Shown here: one piece after another, positions 1 to 10,355 of the stretch
Layout of the letters: each line of letters begins with the position of its first letter
Position numbering within the stretch: the first letter of the stretch is position 1
Origin: Candidatus Saccharimonadota bacterium
GTDB lineage: Bacteria; Patescibacteriota; Saccharimonadia; Saccharimonadales; JAXHNE01
Assembly: GCA_034520885.1 (NCBI GenBank)
Contig: JAXHNE010000007.1
Coordinates: 118,827 to 182,826, forward strand
Direction: 5' to 3'
DNA length: 64,000 nucleotides
Program-made: the position numbers and the translations under genes
Notes under the pieces: model-generated
What the model was told of the DNA's origin: nothing
The model's database searches: none
The model's input: the letters and a program-made list of their open reading frames with translations, nothing else

Positions 1-95
1 AGTCCGGCTCGCCGGAAGAACTTTTCAAAAAATACGGGCTGAGCGTACACCACATCATGATGGCCGCCCACCACGTCTACGATGCCAAGAAGTAA
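1..95 (+). CDS. 3' end of a CDS truncated by the window edge (product not assignable; ends ...EELFKKYGLSVHHIMMAAHHVYDAKK)
   Basis: Open frame from the window start to TAA at 93-95; too short to name. Confidence 0.35.
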   Translation, partial: SGSPEELFKKYGLSVHHIMMAAHHVYDAKK

Positions 96-280
96 GCACA
101 GCAGTATCTGCGGAGTGGTCTGTGAATGCTTGAGAAAAGTAATGCGCGGCATTCGTGGACTACGCTTACTTATCCCGGGTGCTAGTTGAGGGCGATGTTT
201 AGAGTAAAGTTTTGGTACGCAATGTTTTACTTTCTCTCAAAGTACTCTACAATTAAGTCATAAGAGGAATATAAAAGTAG

Positions 281-1318
281 ATGAACGAAAACGTACTAGA
301 AAATATCGCAAACCAAATGGTAGTTAATGGTAAAGGAATCTTAGCGGCTGATGAGAGTAGCAGCACTGCAGACAAGAGGTTCGAGGCCGTGGGTGTCGAA
401 AAAACAGAAGAAAACAGACGTCTATACCGTCAACTTCTTTTTACGACACCGAACGTCGGCGATTATTTATCGGGTGTAATCTTATACGATGAAACTTTTT
501 GGCAAATTACAGGCGATGGTCAGCCGTTCCCCAAGATTCTAGAGAAGAGCGGTATTCTGCCCGGGATCAAAGTTGATCAAAAGCTGACTGATCTTCCAGG
601 GTTCCCGGGCGAGAAAGTCAGTAAAGGCTTAGACACATTGCCGGAACGTATTACAAAGTATGCCGAGAATGGAGCTAAGTTTGCTAAGTGGCGATCGGTT
701 ATTACGATCGGTGAAGGTATCCCAACAATTCCGTGCATAGAAGCTAATGCCTATGTACTGGCCAGGTATGCACGGATATGCCAAGACGTAAACATCGTAC
801 CTATGGTTGAGCCAGAAGTTTTGCTAGAAGGCAGTCATACTATAGAGCAATGTGCTGAAGTGTTAGCTAAGACCTTAGATGTCTTGTTTGGCGCTATGAA
901 AGAGTTCAGGGTGCATCTGCCCGGAGCAATATTAAAGACCAGTATGGTTCTACCAGGGAACAAGTCAGGCCAACTAATTAACGCTGATCAGGTTGCTGAG
1001 TTAACGGGCAGTGTTCTGCGTGCATATGTACCAGCAGAGCTTGGTGGTGTTGTGTTTTTGAGTGGTGGTCAGTCATCTGCCGATGCAATGATAAATCTCA
1101 ATCGGATTGCTGGACGCGGTCCGTATCCTTGGGGTCTTACATTTTCATATTCTAGGGCGTTGCAAGGTCCTGTTCTGAAAGCTTGGGCTGCTGGTAACGG
1201 GGGGACTATAAATGTCTTTGTCGACCAGCTGCGATATGCAACAGCGGCGAGAGAAGGAAAGCTAGATGAAACCCACCTAAATATAGATGATCACGTAAGC
1301 GGAAGTCAGGATTTGTAA
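281..1318 (+). CDS. fba: fructose-bisphosphate aldolase, class I
   Basis: 345-aa ORF with N-terminal GKGILAADES motif and length typical of class I (Schiff-base) aldolases; TACAAT -10 and aagagga SD upstream. Confidence 0.85.
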   Translation: MNENVLENIANQMVVNGKGILAADESSSTADKRFEAVGVEKTEENRRLYRQLLFTTPNVGDYLSGVILYDETFWQITGDGQPFPKILEKSGILPGIKVDQKLTDLPGFPGEKVSKGLDTLPERITKYAENGAKFAKWRSVITIGEGIPTIPCIEANAYVLARYARICQDVNIVPMVEPEVLLEGSHTIEQCAEVLAKTLDVLFGAMKEFRVHLPGAILKTSMVLPGNKSGQLINADQVAELTGSVLRAYVPAELGGVVFLSGGQSSADAMINLNRIAGRGPYPWGLTFSYSRALQGPVLKAWAAGNGGTINVFVDQLRYATAAREGKLDETHLNIDDHVSGSQDL

Positions 1319-2292
1319 TGACAGATAAACCTAAATTCGTGAGCGTCGGAGCGGCTGTTCAGGACGTATTCCTAAGCAAAAGCGAAGCACTGGACCCAGT
1401 GCATGAAGATGACGGCTCCGACTATGCTGAACTTAAAATGGGTGGAAAAGCAGACGTTGACCAGATTAATTTTAGTACTGGTGGTGGAGCAACAAACGCC
1501 GCTGTGACATTTGCCAGACAAGGCTTAGATAGCTATTTTATGGGCTCAGTTGCTGATGATCCAGCTGGTAAAGCAGTGTTAGCTGATCTGAAACAAGAAA
1601 ATGTAAATGCCACCGTCACTAAGTCCGGGGATTATAATACAGGTTACTCCGTTATACTTTTAGCTAACAATGGCGAGCGAACCATCCTTACTTATCGCGG
1701 CGCATCAACTCATTATACTGTCGATAATTTTGATATGAATGAATTAGGGCATTTGGACTGGATGTATGTTTCAAGTGTGTCTGGGAGGATTGAGGTATTG
1801 AAAAAAATTTTCCCTCAAGCAAGATCGCACAACATTAAAATTGCATACAACCCAGGCAAGGCTGAACTGAAACAGGCTAATGACCTAAAGCCGCTACTCA
1901 AGGAGTTTGTAGATGTGCTGATCGTAAACAAAGAGGAAATGCAGCGATTAGTTGAGGGTGATACCCTTGAAGAACTTGCCGTAGCCGGGCTAGAGTTTAG
2001 CGACACCGTAATCGTGTCCGATGGTCCAAATGGTGTCGGCGCCACCGACGGCAAGACATATATTAGTGCGGGGATGTACGAGGACGTGCCAGTGCTTGAT
2101 CGGACTGGGGCTGGGGATGCCTTTGGGTCTGGCTTTGTTTCGCAAATCGCCCAGGGCAAATCTTTGCGCAGAGCCGTTACTTTTGCAAGCGCAAACTCTA
2201 CTTCGGTTGTGCAATATATAGGTGCCAAAGCCGGTATATTAAATTCTGACGCCAAAATCCACGAAATGCCAATAAAGGAAAAGGAATTATGA
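1318..2292 (+). CDS. PfkB-family carbohydrate kinase (substrate unknown)
   Basis: 324 aa; GGGATNAAV and DRTGAGDAFGSGF ribokinase/PfkB signatures; start overlaps fba stop (TAATG). Confidence 0.8.
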   Translation: MTDKPKFVSVGAAVQDVFLSKSEALDPVHEDDGSDYAELKMGGKADVDQINFSTGGGATNAAVTFARQGLDSYFMGSVADDPAGKAVLADLKQENVNATVTKSGDYNTGYSVILLANNGERTILTYRGASTHYTVDNFDMNELGHLDWMYVSSVSGRIEVLKKIFPQARSHNIKIAYNPGKAELKQANDLKPLLKEFVDVLIVNKEEMQRLVEGDTLEELAVAGLEFSDTVIVSDGPNGVGATDGKTYISAGMYEDVPVLDRTGAGDAFGSGFVSQIAQGKSLRRAVTFASANSTSVVQYIGAKAGILNSDAKIHEMPIKEKEL

Positions 2293-3284
2293 GCACACCA
2301 AAAATACTTTGTATAGGTGACATTATCACTGACGACTTTATAGAATTATCAGAAGATCACGCTGATGTCACAGAAGATGATAAAGGCTATAAACGAATTA
2401 GTTTTGAGTTAGGCGCCAAGCTACCATACGATAATTCTGTTACCGTTAAAGCTGTGGAGTGTAGTCCGAACGCCGCTGTTTCAATGGCGCGTCTTGGTCT
2501 TGACGCCAGATTGATGTCTTGGCTTGGTGATGACAAGCCTGGCCAAGAAATGATCGAGTACTTGAAGGGAGAAGGTGTTTCCACGGATGAACTAGTGGTT
2601 GAAGAAGGCATGAAGTCCAATTATCATTACGTGCTTCGGTATGGAGCAGACCGGACAAAATTTCAAAGATATGAAGATTACTCATATGAGTGGAAAGAAC
2701 CTTCCGTAAAACCTGACTGGCTGTATCTTGGGGTCTTGGGTGAAAAAACCTGGCCACTTCATGAGGAGATTTTGAAGTATCTAAAAGATAATCCAGATAT
2801 TAAATTAGCTTTTCAACCTGGCATGTATCACCTTGAGTGGGGGCCTGATAAGCTGGCTGATTTCTACAAACGAGCCGAGGTAGTTGTCATGAACCGTGAA
2901 GAGACTGCCCAGGTTACAGGTAAAGATCGACGTGATGTCACTGAACTCATTCATGGCCTACACGATCTAGGAACTACAATCGCTGTCGTGACAGACGGAC
3001 CAGAAGGAGCTTATGCGAGTGATGGTGAGAGAATAGTCTTTATGCCGATTTATCCAGACATCAAACCGCCGTTTGACCGAACTGGCGCGGGCGATGCTTT
3101 TGCTTCGACCTTGACTGCGGTCTTGGCTAGCGGTAAAAGTTTAGAAACAGCCTTGACGTGGGCGCCCATCAACAGTATGAACGTGTCACAGCACATGGGA
3201 GCACAAGAAGGTTTGCTTACAGAGCGTCAAATTGCTGAATTTCTTGAAAACGCGCCTCAAGAGTATAAGCCACGAAAAATCTAA
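2289..3284 (+). CDS. PfkB-family carbohydrate kinase (second paralog, substrate unknown)
   Basis: 331 aa; DRTGAGDAFAS motif; 4-nt ATGA overlap with the upstream kinase. Confidence 0.8.
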   Translation: MSTPKILCIGDIITDDFIELSEDHADVTEDDKGYKRISFELGAKLPYDNSVTVKAVECSPNAAVSMARLGLDARLMSWLGDDKPGQEMIEYLKGEGVSTDELVVEEGMKSNYHYVLRYGADRTKFQRYEDYSYEWKEPSVKPDWLYLGVLGEKTWPLHEEILKYLKDNPDIKLAFQPGMYHLEWGPDKLADFYKRAEVVVMNREETAQVTGKDRRDVTELIHGLHDLGTTIAVVTDGPEGAYASDGERIVFMPIYPDIKPPFDRTGAGDAFASTLTAVLASGKSLETALTWAPINSMNVSQHMGAQEGLLTERQIAEFLENAPQEYKPRKI

Positions 3285-3346
3285 GAGAAATGCGCTAAAC
3301 ATAAGCTGGTTTACATCAGTTTAAAATGCTATGCTGATGCATAAGT

Positions 3347-4591
3347 ATGTCAAAGTTGCTCTCCGAACTCCTTGAGGCACAGGAGCCGATGTTTTCCAAA
3401 GCCATTGACCGGCTGGAACGGGCCAGCGGCAACCAAAGCGCGGACTTGCGCCTCACCAGCGAAATTACTGGTAAAGTGCAGAGAAAATCCAAAGAACTGG
3501 GGCTCGACCCGCACGACTCCACGGGCAAGGAGCTATACCTCGCGCTTTTGTCTTTGGTGCGAAAGCATGACGGATTTTTGGCCAAAAAAATGGGCGTGGA
3601 CGATCCGGAGGACGTGCAAGCGGTCGTTAAAAAATTGGCGGCTTTTGCCAGAAAAATGGATATGCCCAAAAAAGTGTGGGTGCTCAAACACAGCGTTGCC
3701 AAGAAAATGCTTAAAAAAATGCCGCCCAAAAAGATTATGAACCACTTGGGGTATCGCTCCATTGACTCCATGATTAAACGCGAGAAAATTCCCGAAATCT
3801 TCGCGGCACTGCGTTTCGCGGAAGACGGTGAATGGCTCAATAAGTTCTTACAAACCTATAAAAAACTCAAACCGGCCGATTTCGAGGTACGCGATATCGA
3901 AATAGTCACCCTGGACAGCAAGAAGTGGGGCGGCATAACCGAACATTTCGTTCACAAAAAACGCCATAATCTGACACACCTAAAAGAACTGGGCGTCATC
4001 GCCATTTTGCCCATGCCCATGGAGCGCATGAAAGGCATTGTTATTACGGTGTTGCCGCTTCTTTTGCATTACGTGAACGAGGTGCGGCTATACAGCTCCT
4101 ACTTTAAATTACAGCAAGTCCGCCACGACTTCGGCGAAGTAGTCGTGGATACGCTCATTGCGGACCCCGATCACCACGCGGTGATGGCGGGCAATCATGT
4201 GCACTGGCGGATTATCCAGCGCTATTTTGGCAAGCTGGGAAACGAATCGCATCCGGAGATTTTCCAGCCGCACTTGCAGCCGGAGGATTTGCACTGGCGC
4301 AAGGCCGAAGAGGTGCTATATAGAATGGAACCGGCGCTGCATTTCTGGTATGATTTGGACTATGTCGGCGTCATGAAGGACGGCCGTCCGGTAACACTGA
4401 ACCTCATGGACGTGGCAATCAGCTACGTAAACGATTTGCCATACGAAAAGCGGGCGATTTACCACTTTCGTGAAAGCCTGTGGAATGAAATTTTCATCCG
4501 TTACATGGGGCAAAAAACGCTGGAGCAACAAGTATTAAAACAACTGGATAACGAAATGGTAGCGCCGGAACTTCTGGACGTCAGCCTATGA
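3347..4591 (+). CDS. hypothetical protein (414 aa, soluble, Lys-rich N-terminal third)
   Basis: Long uninterrupted ORF with coding-like composition; no motif I recognise. Confidence 0.6.
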   Translation: MSKLLSELLEAQEPMFSKAIDRLERASGNQSADLRLTSEITGKVQRKSKELGLDPHDSTGKELYLALLSLVRKHDGFLAKKMGVDDPEDVQAVVKKLAAFARKMDMPKKVWVLKHSVAKKMLKKMPPKKIMNHLGYRSIDSMIKREKIPEIFAALRFAEDGEWLNKFLQTYKKLKPADFEVRDIEIVTLDSKKWGGITEHFVHKKRHNLTHLKELGVIAILPMPMERMKGIVITVLPLLLHYVNEVRLYSSYFKLQQVRHDFGEVVVDTLIADPDHHAVMAGNHVHWRIIQRYFGKLGNESHPEIFQPHLQPEDLHWRKAEEVLYRMEPALHFWYDLDYVGVMKDGRPVTLNLMDVAISYVNDLPYEKRAIYHFRESLWNEIFIRYMGQKTLEQQVLKQLDNEMVAPELLDVSL

Positions 4592-4642
4592 AGGTGGGAA
4601 AATGAGTAAAACCAACGTATGTGAGCGAAAAACTCTTCATCA

Positions 4643-4670
4643 AGCTTTCAGCTTTCAGCTTTCAGCTTTT
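4643..4670. repeat. heptanucleotide tandem repeat (AGCTTTC x3 + AGCTTTT)
   Basis: Read directly; followed by a CGAACCgggGGTTCG hairpin. Confidence 0.9.
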
Positions 4671-4693
4671 AGCTACGAACCGGGGGTTCGTTG

Positions 4694-5263
4694 ATGTATC
4701 AAATATGCATATCGGGAGCGGCCAAAGGCAAAAGCGTGGAGGAAGGCCGCGAACTGGCCATTAAAGCCGGGAAAGCCGTGGCCGAAGCCGGACACAGTTT
4801 ACTGACCGGTGCCACAATCGGACTGCCCAACTACGCCGCGGAAGGCTACAAGAAAGCCGGCGGAAAAATGAGCGTAGGGATTAGTCCGGCGGCCAGCAAG
4901 ATTGAGCACGTGGCCAAATACCGTTTACCGACCGAAGCCTACGACACGATTTTATTTACCGGCTTGCACTACATCGGCCGGGACAGCTTATTGATTCAAT
5001 CCAGCGACGCGGTGATAAGTGTCGGCGGGCGCCTGGGGACACTACATGAGTTTACTATCGCCATGGAAACCGATACGCCGATTGGCTTTTTGCAGGGGGC
5101 CGGTGGTATCAGTACGCAGATAATGGATATTTTGCACGCCGCTGGACACCATGATTCTCCGAATGACTCGCTGGTATTCGCGGAAACGGGCCAAGAACTC
5201 GTCGCCAAACTAGTGGCCATCCTTAATAAATCCAACAAAAAATACGCCAAGTTATATAAGTAA
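4694..5263 (+). CDS. TIGR00725 / LOG-SLOG-like Rossmann-fold protein
   Basis: ICISGAAKG... N-terminus and GGRLGTLHEF motif typical of the LOG/DprA-like (SLOG) superfamily; ATG at 4694 directly follows TTG at 4691. Confidence 0.6.
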   Translation: MYQICISGAAKGKSVEEGRELAIKAGKAVAEAGHSLLTGATIGLPNYAAEGYKKAGGKMSVGISPAASKIEHVAKYRLPTEAYDTILFTGLHYIGRDSLLIQSSDAVISVGGRLGTLHEFTIAMETDTPIGFLQGAGGISTQIMDILHAAGHHDSPNDSLVFAETGQELVAKLVAILNKSNKKYAKLYK

Positions 5264-5272
5264 GGAAGCTAC

Positions 5273-5899
5273 GTGAAAACCGATAAACGCGTTCACAAAG
5301 TGGTCAGCACCGTCATATTGGTCATTGTCGTGGGCATTGTCGCCATGTTGTGGTATTTAAGTTCGGTCGAAGATAATATAACGCGCACCGATGTTCCGGA
5401 AATAACCGATACTTCCGAAACCGAAGTAACCGACTTCGCCTCGTGCGTGGAAGCCGGCAACCCGGTCATGGAAAGCTACCCGGAGCAATGTTCCGCGAAC
5501 GGGGTAACCTACGTGAACCCGGAGCAACGGCGGGAATCGGAAGCGCAAGCTCAGCCGAGCACCGGTATCATTAGCGGTGAAGCGGGCTACCCCAGTGAAA
5601 GGCTCCCCGAGGATTTGGAAATATGCCTTGAATCGGTCGAAACCAACGAAATCGTTGGCGAATGCCACGAAGTGAATGTCGCGGATTACTCAATCGAAGC
5701 GCCGGAAGGTACCTTTTACGTATTTGCCCGTACGCAAGATAGGCCGGATTACCGGGCTTACTACAACGAATTCGTGGAATGCGGTTTACGTGCCGACTGT
5801 CCGAAAAGCGGGCATCAGGCATTAATTGGGGTAGAGGTTACGTCCGGTGGAACGGTCGAAGGAGTCAATCCCAATGATTGGTACGACACCTCTCAGTAA
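5273..5899 (+). CDS. hypothetical membrane-anchored or secreted protein
   Basis: GTG start behind aaggaag SD; N-terminal hydrophobic helix VVSTVILVIVVGIVAMLWYL; Cys-containing acidic ectodomain. Confidence 0.55.
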   Translation: MKTDKRVHKVVSTVILVIVVGIVAMLWYLSSVEDNITRTDVPEITDTSETEVTDFASCVEAGNPVMESYPEQCSANGVTYVNPEQRRESEAQAQPSTGIISGEAGYPSERLPEDLEICLESVETNEIVGECHEVNVADYSIEAPEGTFYVFARTQDRPDYRAYYNEFVECGLRADCPKSGHQALIGVEVTSGGTVEGVNPNDWYDTSQ

Positions 5900-5917
5900 A
5901 ATTGCTACAATGGTGGG

Positions 5918-7882
5918 ATGAACCGCTTTCAGCTGAAGTCACAGTACGATCCGCAGGGTGATCAACCCCAAGCTATCGAAGCCCTGATTAAAGGGCTGGA
6001 TGCCAAACAAAAAGAGCAAACTTTGCTCGGGGTGACCGGTTCGGGCAAGACGTTCACTATGGCCAACGTGATCCAGTCCGTACAAAAGCCCACGCTGGTT
6101 TTATCGCATAACAAAACTTTGGCCGCACAGCTCTATAGTGAGTTCAAGCAGTTTTTCCCGGATAACGCGGTGCACTATTTCGTGAGTTACTTCGATTATT
6201 ATCAGCCGGAAGCTTACATTCCGCGCAGCGATACCTACATCGAAAAAGACAGCCAAATTAACGAGGAAATCGACCGCCTGCGCCATGCCGCCACCGACGC
6301 GTTGCTGTCTCGGCGGGACGTGATTATCGTGGCCAGTGTGAGCTGCATTTACGGTATCGGTTCCGTGGAAGATTACGACGGGTTGTCCATTCACCTGAAA
6401 AAGGGCGAACGCCGCGTGCGGGATAAATTCCTGCGGCAACTGACGGACATTCAATACCAACGCAACGATACCGACTTTCACCGCAGCACTTTTCGGGTAC
6501 GCGGCGACGTGGTGGATATTTTCCCCGCCGGCGAGGAAGCCGCTTACCGCGTGGAATTTTTCGGGGATGAAGTTGATCGGCTCACCCGGATCAACGCCTT
6601 GACCGGTGAGATTGAGGCCGACCAAAACGAACTGCGCATTTTCCCGGGCAGCCACTACGTGACCAGCCAGGACAAACTCAAGATTGCCCTGGGCCAAATC
6701 GAACACGAATTGCAAGAACGGCTCGCTCAGTTCAAACGTAATAATCAGTTACTGGAAGCCCAGCGGCTGGAGCAACGAACCCGTTTTGACCTGGAAATGC
6801 TGGAAGAAACCGGCTTCGTAAAAGGCATCGAAAACTACAGCCGCTACTTGACCAACCGCGAGCCCGGCGAGCAACCCGCCACGCTTTTGGATTACTTTCC
6901 GGATGATTACCTGATGTTCGTTGACGAATCACACATGACCATCCCGCAAGTGCGCGGCATGTACAATGGCGATCGCGCCCGCAAAGAAGTGCTAGTAGAA
7001 CACGGCTTTCGGCTGCCCAGCGCCCTGGATAACCGTCCGCTGCAATTCAGTGAATTCGAGCGCCATATCAATAATGTGGTGTACGTCAGCGCCACGCCGG
7101 CGGAATACGAATTAAGCCGCAGCGGTAAACCGATTGAGCAAGTCATTCGCCCCACCGGCCTGCTTGATCCGCCAATCGAAGTCCGGCCCATCAAAGGCCA
7201 AATTGACGATCTGATCGACGAAATAAAAGCCACCGTGGATAAGCGCCAGCGCGTGTTAGTGACCACGCTGACCAAACGCATGGCGGAGGACTTAACCGAA
7301 TATTTACAGGACGAAGACATCAAAGTCACGTACTTACACAGCGATATCGAGACGTTAGAGCGCACCGACATCCTGCGCGATCTGCGCCTGGGTACGTATG
7401 ACGTGGTGGTGGGGATCAACTTGCTGCGAGAAGGGCTGGACTTGCCGGAAGTTAGCCTGGTGGCCATTTTGGACGCCGACAAAGAAGGCTTCTTGCGCAG
7501 TGAGCAGGCACTGATCCAAACCGTCGGCCGCGCCGCCCGGCATCAGGAGGGCAGAGTAGTGATGTACGCCGACACCGTCACCAAAAGTATGCGGCGCACC
7601 ATGGACGAAACTACCCGCCGCCGGGAAATCCAAAAAGCTTACAACGACGAACACGGCATCACGCCCAAAGGCATCGCCAAAGCGGTGGAAAAAGGCTTGC
7701 GCCCCGACCTACCGGAAGAAGCCAAGACCGCCAAGCTGGATCTTAAAAAAGTACCCAAAGACGAATACAAACAGATCGTTAAGGACTTAAGCGCGCAAAT
7801 GGACTTGGCCAGCAAAAACCTGGAATTCGAAAAAGCCGCGGAGCTCAGAGACATTATTGCCGAAGTCAAGTCAAAACTCTGA
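5918..7882 (+). CDS. uvrB: excinuclease ABC subunit B
   Basis: 654 aa; Walker A GVTGSGKT, helicase motifs, C-terminal UVR motif; TACAAT 6 nt upstream of ATG. Confidence 0.95.
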   Translation: MNRFQLKSQYDPQGDQPQAIEALIKGLDAKQKEQTLLGVTGSGKTFTMANVIQSVQKPTLVLSHNKTLAAQLYSEFKQFFPDNAVHYFVSYFDYYQPEAYIPRSDTYIEKDSQINEEIDRLRHAATDALLSRRDVIIVASVSCIYGIGSVEDYDGLSIHLKKGERRVRDKFLRQLTDIQYQRNDTDFHRSTFRVRGDVVDIFPAGEEAAYRVEFFGDEVDRLTRINALTGEIEADQNELRIFPGSHYVTSQDKLKIALGQIEHELQERLAQFKRNNQLLEAQRLEQRTRFDLEMLEETGFVKGIENYSRYLTNREPGEQPATLLDYFPDDYLMFVDESHMTIPQVRGMYNGDRARKEVLVEHGFRLPSALDNRPLQFSEFERHINNVVYVSATPAEYELSRSGKPIEQVIRPTGLLDPPIEVRPIKGQIDDLIDEIKATVDKRQRVLVTTLTKRMAEDLTEYLQDEDIKVTYLHSDIETLERTDILRDLRLGTYDVVVGINLLREGLDLPEVSLVAILDADKEGFLRSEQALIQTVGRAARHQEGRVVMYADTVTKSMRRTMDETTRRREIQKAYNDEHGITPKGIAKAVEKGLRPDLPEEAKTAKLDLKKVPKDEYKQIVKDLSAQMDLASKNLEFEKAAELRDIIAEVKSKL

Positions 7883-7940
7883 CCCCGCCCGAAATTCTGA
7901 GTGGAGCAGTCCGCAACCGGATTGCGAAACGCCAAAATTT

Positions 7941-7988
7941 AAGGCGCGGGTAAGAGACATCATCAAAGAAGTCAAACCCAAGATGTAA
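7941..7988 (+). pseudogene. displaced duplicate of the uvrB 3' end (...KARVRDIIKEVKPKM*)
   Basis: Reads RVRDIIKEVKPKM-stop versus the true uvrB end [13 protein letters not shown]-stop; different frame, about 60 nt after the real stop. Confidence 0.45.
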
Positions 7989-8030
7989 TCATCAGCACCA
8001 ATCTGAAGTTTGAAACGGGAGACATACATT

Positions 8031-8074
8031 AACTCCGATTTAAATCGGAGTTAACTCGGAGTTCGGTGGTGTCG
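8031..8074 (+). repeat. palindromic 11-mer element, copy 1 (AACTCCGAtttaaaTCGGAGTTAACTCGGAGTTcggtggtgtcg)
   Basis: Read directly; shares core and 3' flank with six other copies. Confidence 0.9.
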
Positions 8075-8153
8075 TTCTTATTTAAGATGTTAAATGTCGG
8101 AGGCGGGGGTTATTTTTATTTGTCGTAGTAGTGGTGGGGGGCGGAAAAACAGG

Positions 8154-8182
8154 TTGACACAAACAAAGAAAAGTTGTAATAT
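8154..8182 (+). promoter_or_regulatory. sigma70-type promoter (TTGACA-17-TAATAT) for the 8190 cassette gene
   Basis: Consensus -35, 17-nt spacer, -10 ends 7 nt before ATG 8190. Confidence 0.6.
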
Positions 8183-8189
8183 GCAGCTT

Positions 8190-8945
8190 ATGAGTGAAGT
8201 ACTAAGAGGGCTTACTTTTACAGGTGGCGATCAAGCTGCTACAAATGCAGCCGCCGAAGCACCGTTTAGCGTAACTGAGCGCACCGACTTGGCGGTTGCG
8301 GCTTTCGGCTCTTTAGGCCAGATAGACAAGGCGCAACTGACCGAAGAAGTTGGCATGCACATGCAACAACTTCACGAAGGCCTTCACGGACAGTACGACA
8401 AAAACGACGTAGAGCCATTCATGTCGATTAACCTGTCTGATAGCTTTCCGCTTGCTGCGCTTGTGGTCGCGTTTGACAGACAGCAACAGGCAAAAACCTA
8501 CGTTTACGAACCATTTTGGAGTCAGTACAGCCCGGCGGAACTAAACAGCCGAAGTCTGGACAGTGCATCGGCACGTCAAGACATTACGGCTTCAGCCCGT
8601 GCTATGCTTACCGCCACTGATTACGAAGGTGAGTCTGGCCTGCGGTTTCCAAGCAAAAAAGGTAAAGATCAGTCCAATTTAGCTCAAGATCACGAACTAG
8701 TGAACCCAGCTGATTACATCATTCTGAATGCGCAACGACGCGAAGCCGGCGAGCCACTACTAGACACCCGAACCTTCACCCGTTTTGTGCAACTGGCTAT
8801 GAAGCCGGCTGGCGGGGCTGACGGCAGCACTTGGATTCCGGACGCGGGTTCCGGCCGCGGTCAGTTGAGCCTGCGCGGGGGGTCGTGCGACCATGCGATT
8901 CCGCACGCTGGTGTCCGTCTCTCGGTGGGGCGAAACCAGGCTTAA
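8190..8945 (+). CDS. hypothetical protein (cassette gene bracketed by palindromic elements)
   Basis: ORF 8094..8945; start moved to ATG 8190 because the consensus promoter lies inside the longer ORF; no recognisable domain. Confidence 0.5.
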   Translation: MSEVLRGLTFTGGDQAATNAAAEAPFSVTERTDLAVAAFGSLGQIDKAQLTEEVGMHMQQLHEGLHGQYDKNDVEPFMSINLSDSFPLAALVVAFDRQQQAKTYVYEPFWSQYSPAELNSRSLDSASARQDITASARAMLTATDYEGESGLRFPSKKGKDQSNLAQDHELVNPADYIILNAQRREAGEPLLDTRTFTRFVQLAMKPAGGADGSTWIPDAGSGRGQLSLRGGSCDHAIPHAGVRLSVGRNQA

Positions 8946-8996
8946 CACATTAACTTCGTACCCTCCCTCATTCCATAAAATTGTTTATTATAAAAA

Positions 8997-9053
8997 CGAA
9001 CTCCGAGTTAAATCGGAGTTAACTCGGAGTTAACTCGGAGTTCGGTAGTATTG
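8997..9053 (+). repeat. palindromic 11-mer element, copy 2 (one extra AACTCGGAGTT unit)
   Basis: cgAACTCCGAGTTAAATCGGAGTTAACTCGGAGTTAACTCGGAGTTcggtag read directly. Confidence 0.9.
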
Positions 9054-9144
9054 TTCGTTGGAGCATATTTGCTGGCGTTTTGTTCACGGATGACTTTATC
9101 GAACGGGGAAAAATACTAAGAAGCGGTGGAGGGTTAATTTTTCG

Positions 9145-10152
9145 CTAGGTTACGGATTGTGGTTGCGGATCGGATCGCAAATGATCAATGCAGGTTACAA
9201 TTTCATGCGCGAAAACGTAAGGGTCGGTAACCGGTCCGAGGTGATTGGCGTCAATAACTTTGGCGTAGTCGAACAACCCCCAAGAAGCTCTCACCGTCTC
9301 ATCCGCCGGGATTAACTGGTCACGATTGCCCAATATCGCCGCTAACTTAATATTATGTTCGCGCTTTAAGTATGCCAAATCCTGCCGATTATCACACGTT
9401 GCCGCCATGTAGCCGCGAATAACCGCCTGTGTGAGGTGTGGGAAAAAGTAATCAATTTCCGAGCGTATGGCATGGAGCGTACCTTTTTCGAATTTTAACC
9501 CGTCTTCGCGGTAAGCCGGCAATGCTTCATGGCGCAGGAACGGCCTAATTCGACCCAACATGCGCCACAAACTACGGCTATTTTCGCAGCCAACTCCTTC
9601 GACGTTGGTAATGGAAGCGACCATATCCGGTTTATGTAATGCCGTCGTGGTACTTGTGTGTAGTCCCAAGGAGTGCCCAGCAAGATCGAACTTTTCTACG
9701 TCAAGTTCCGGGTATTGGTCCGCATTGTCTTGCGTTTTGCGCATAACACCATACAGCGCTTTGCTGAGCAGAATTTCCGGATGCAGAAAATGATCTCTTC
9801 CAAAGCGTGAAGCGAACGACTGAAGCCCATACGGCTGCATGGATATCGCTGCCTTCCCGTGTTGCGCTAGTGCCGCTCGTAGCCCGTCGTATCCGAACTT
9901 CTTTGCTCCGTACCCGTTCACGATAGTCAACGGTCGTGAGTCTTCGATATTATCCGGATCGGCCGGAAACTCCAAAGTTGCCGGTACCAGGGTGCCACCA
10001 ATTTCCGCGGCAAGGTTGACTTTTTTGGTTTCCAACGAAAAACCCTCGCTGGCACGAGGGTTTATAGCTCTAAGTTGTGTTTCGTGGCCGCCGGATTCGG
10101 TGCCGACGGGCATCGGTTCGTGCGTTTCAAGATCTACTCTTTCAAGCGCCAC
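9145..10152 (-). CDS. alpha/beta hydrolase fold protein
   Basis: 335 aa; nucleophile elbow GHSLG (DLAGHSLGLH), C-terminal His region (DANHLGP). Confidence 0.7.
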   Translation of the reverse strand: MALERVDLETHEPMPVGTESGGHETQLRAINPRASEGFSLETKKVNLAAEIGGTLVPATLEFPADPDNIEDSRPLTIVNGYGAKKFGYDGLRAALAQHGKAAISMQPYGLQSFASRFGRDHFLHPEILLSKALYGVMRKTQDNADQYPELDVEKFDLAGHSLGLHTSTTTALHKPDMVASITNVEGVGCENSRSLWRMLGRIRPFLRHEALPAYREDGLKFEKGTLHAIRSEIDYFFPHLTQAVIRGYMAATCDNRQDLAYLKREHNIKLAAILGNRDQLIPADETVRASWGLFDYAKVIDANHLGPVTDPYVFAHEIVTCIDHLRSDPQPQSVT

Positions 10153-10355
10153 CTTTTATTTCCCATGTTTTACTTTGCATCTTAATGCTTATGGTACCCT
10201 CGTGTTCGGATTTTGTAAAGTTCATGAACTTACTTGGGGAAGCTCTTTCCCGCCACAACGCTTACCGGAGGCACGCTTCGTCCCCGAAAAGACCTCCGGA
10301 ATGGGTGGATAGAAACGTATCAACACCGCCACGGATGTTTGATATACTAAAAAGA

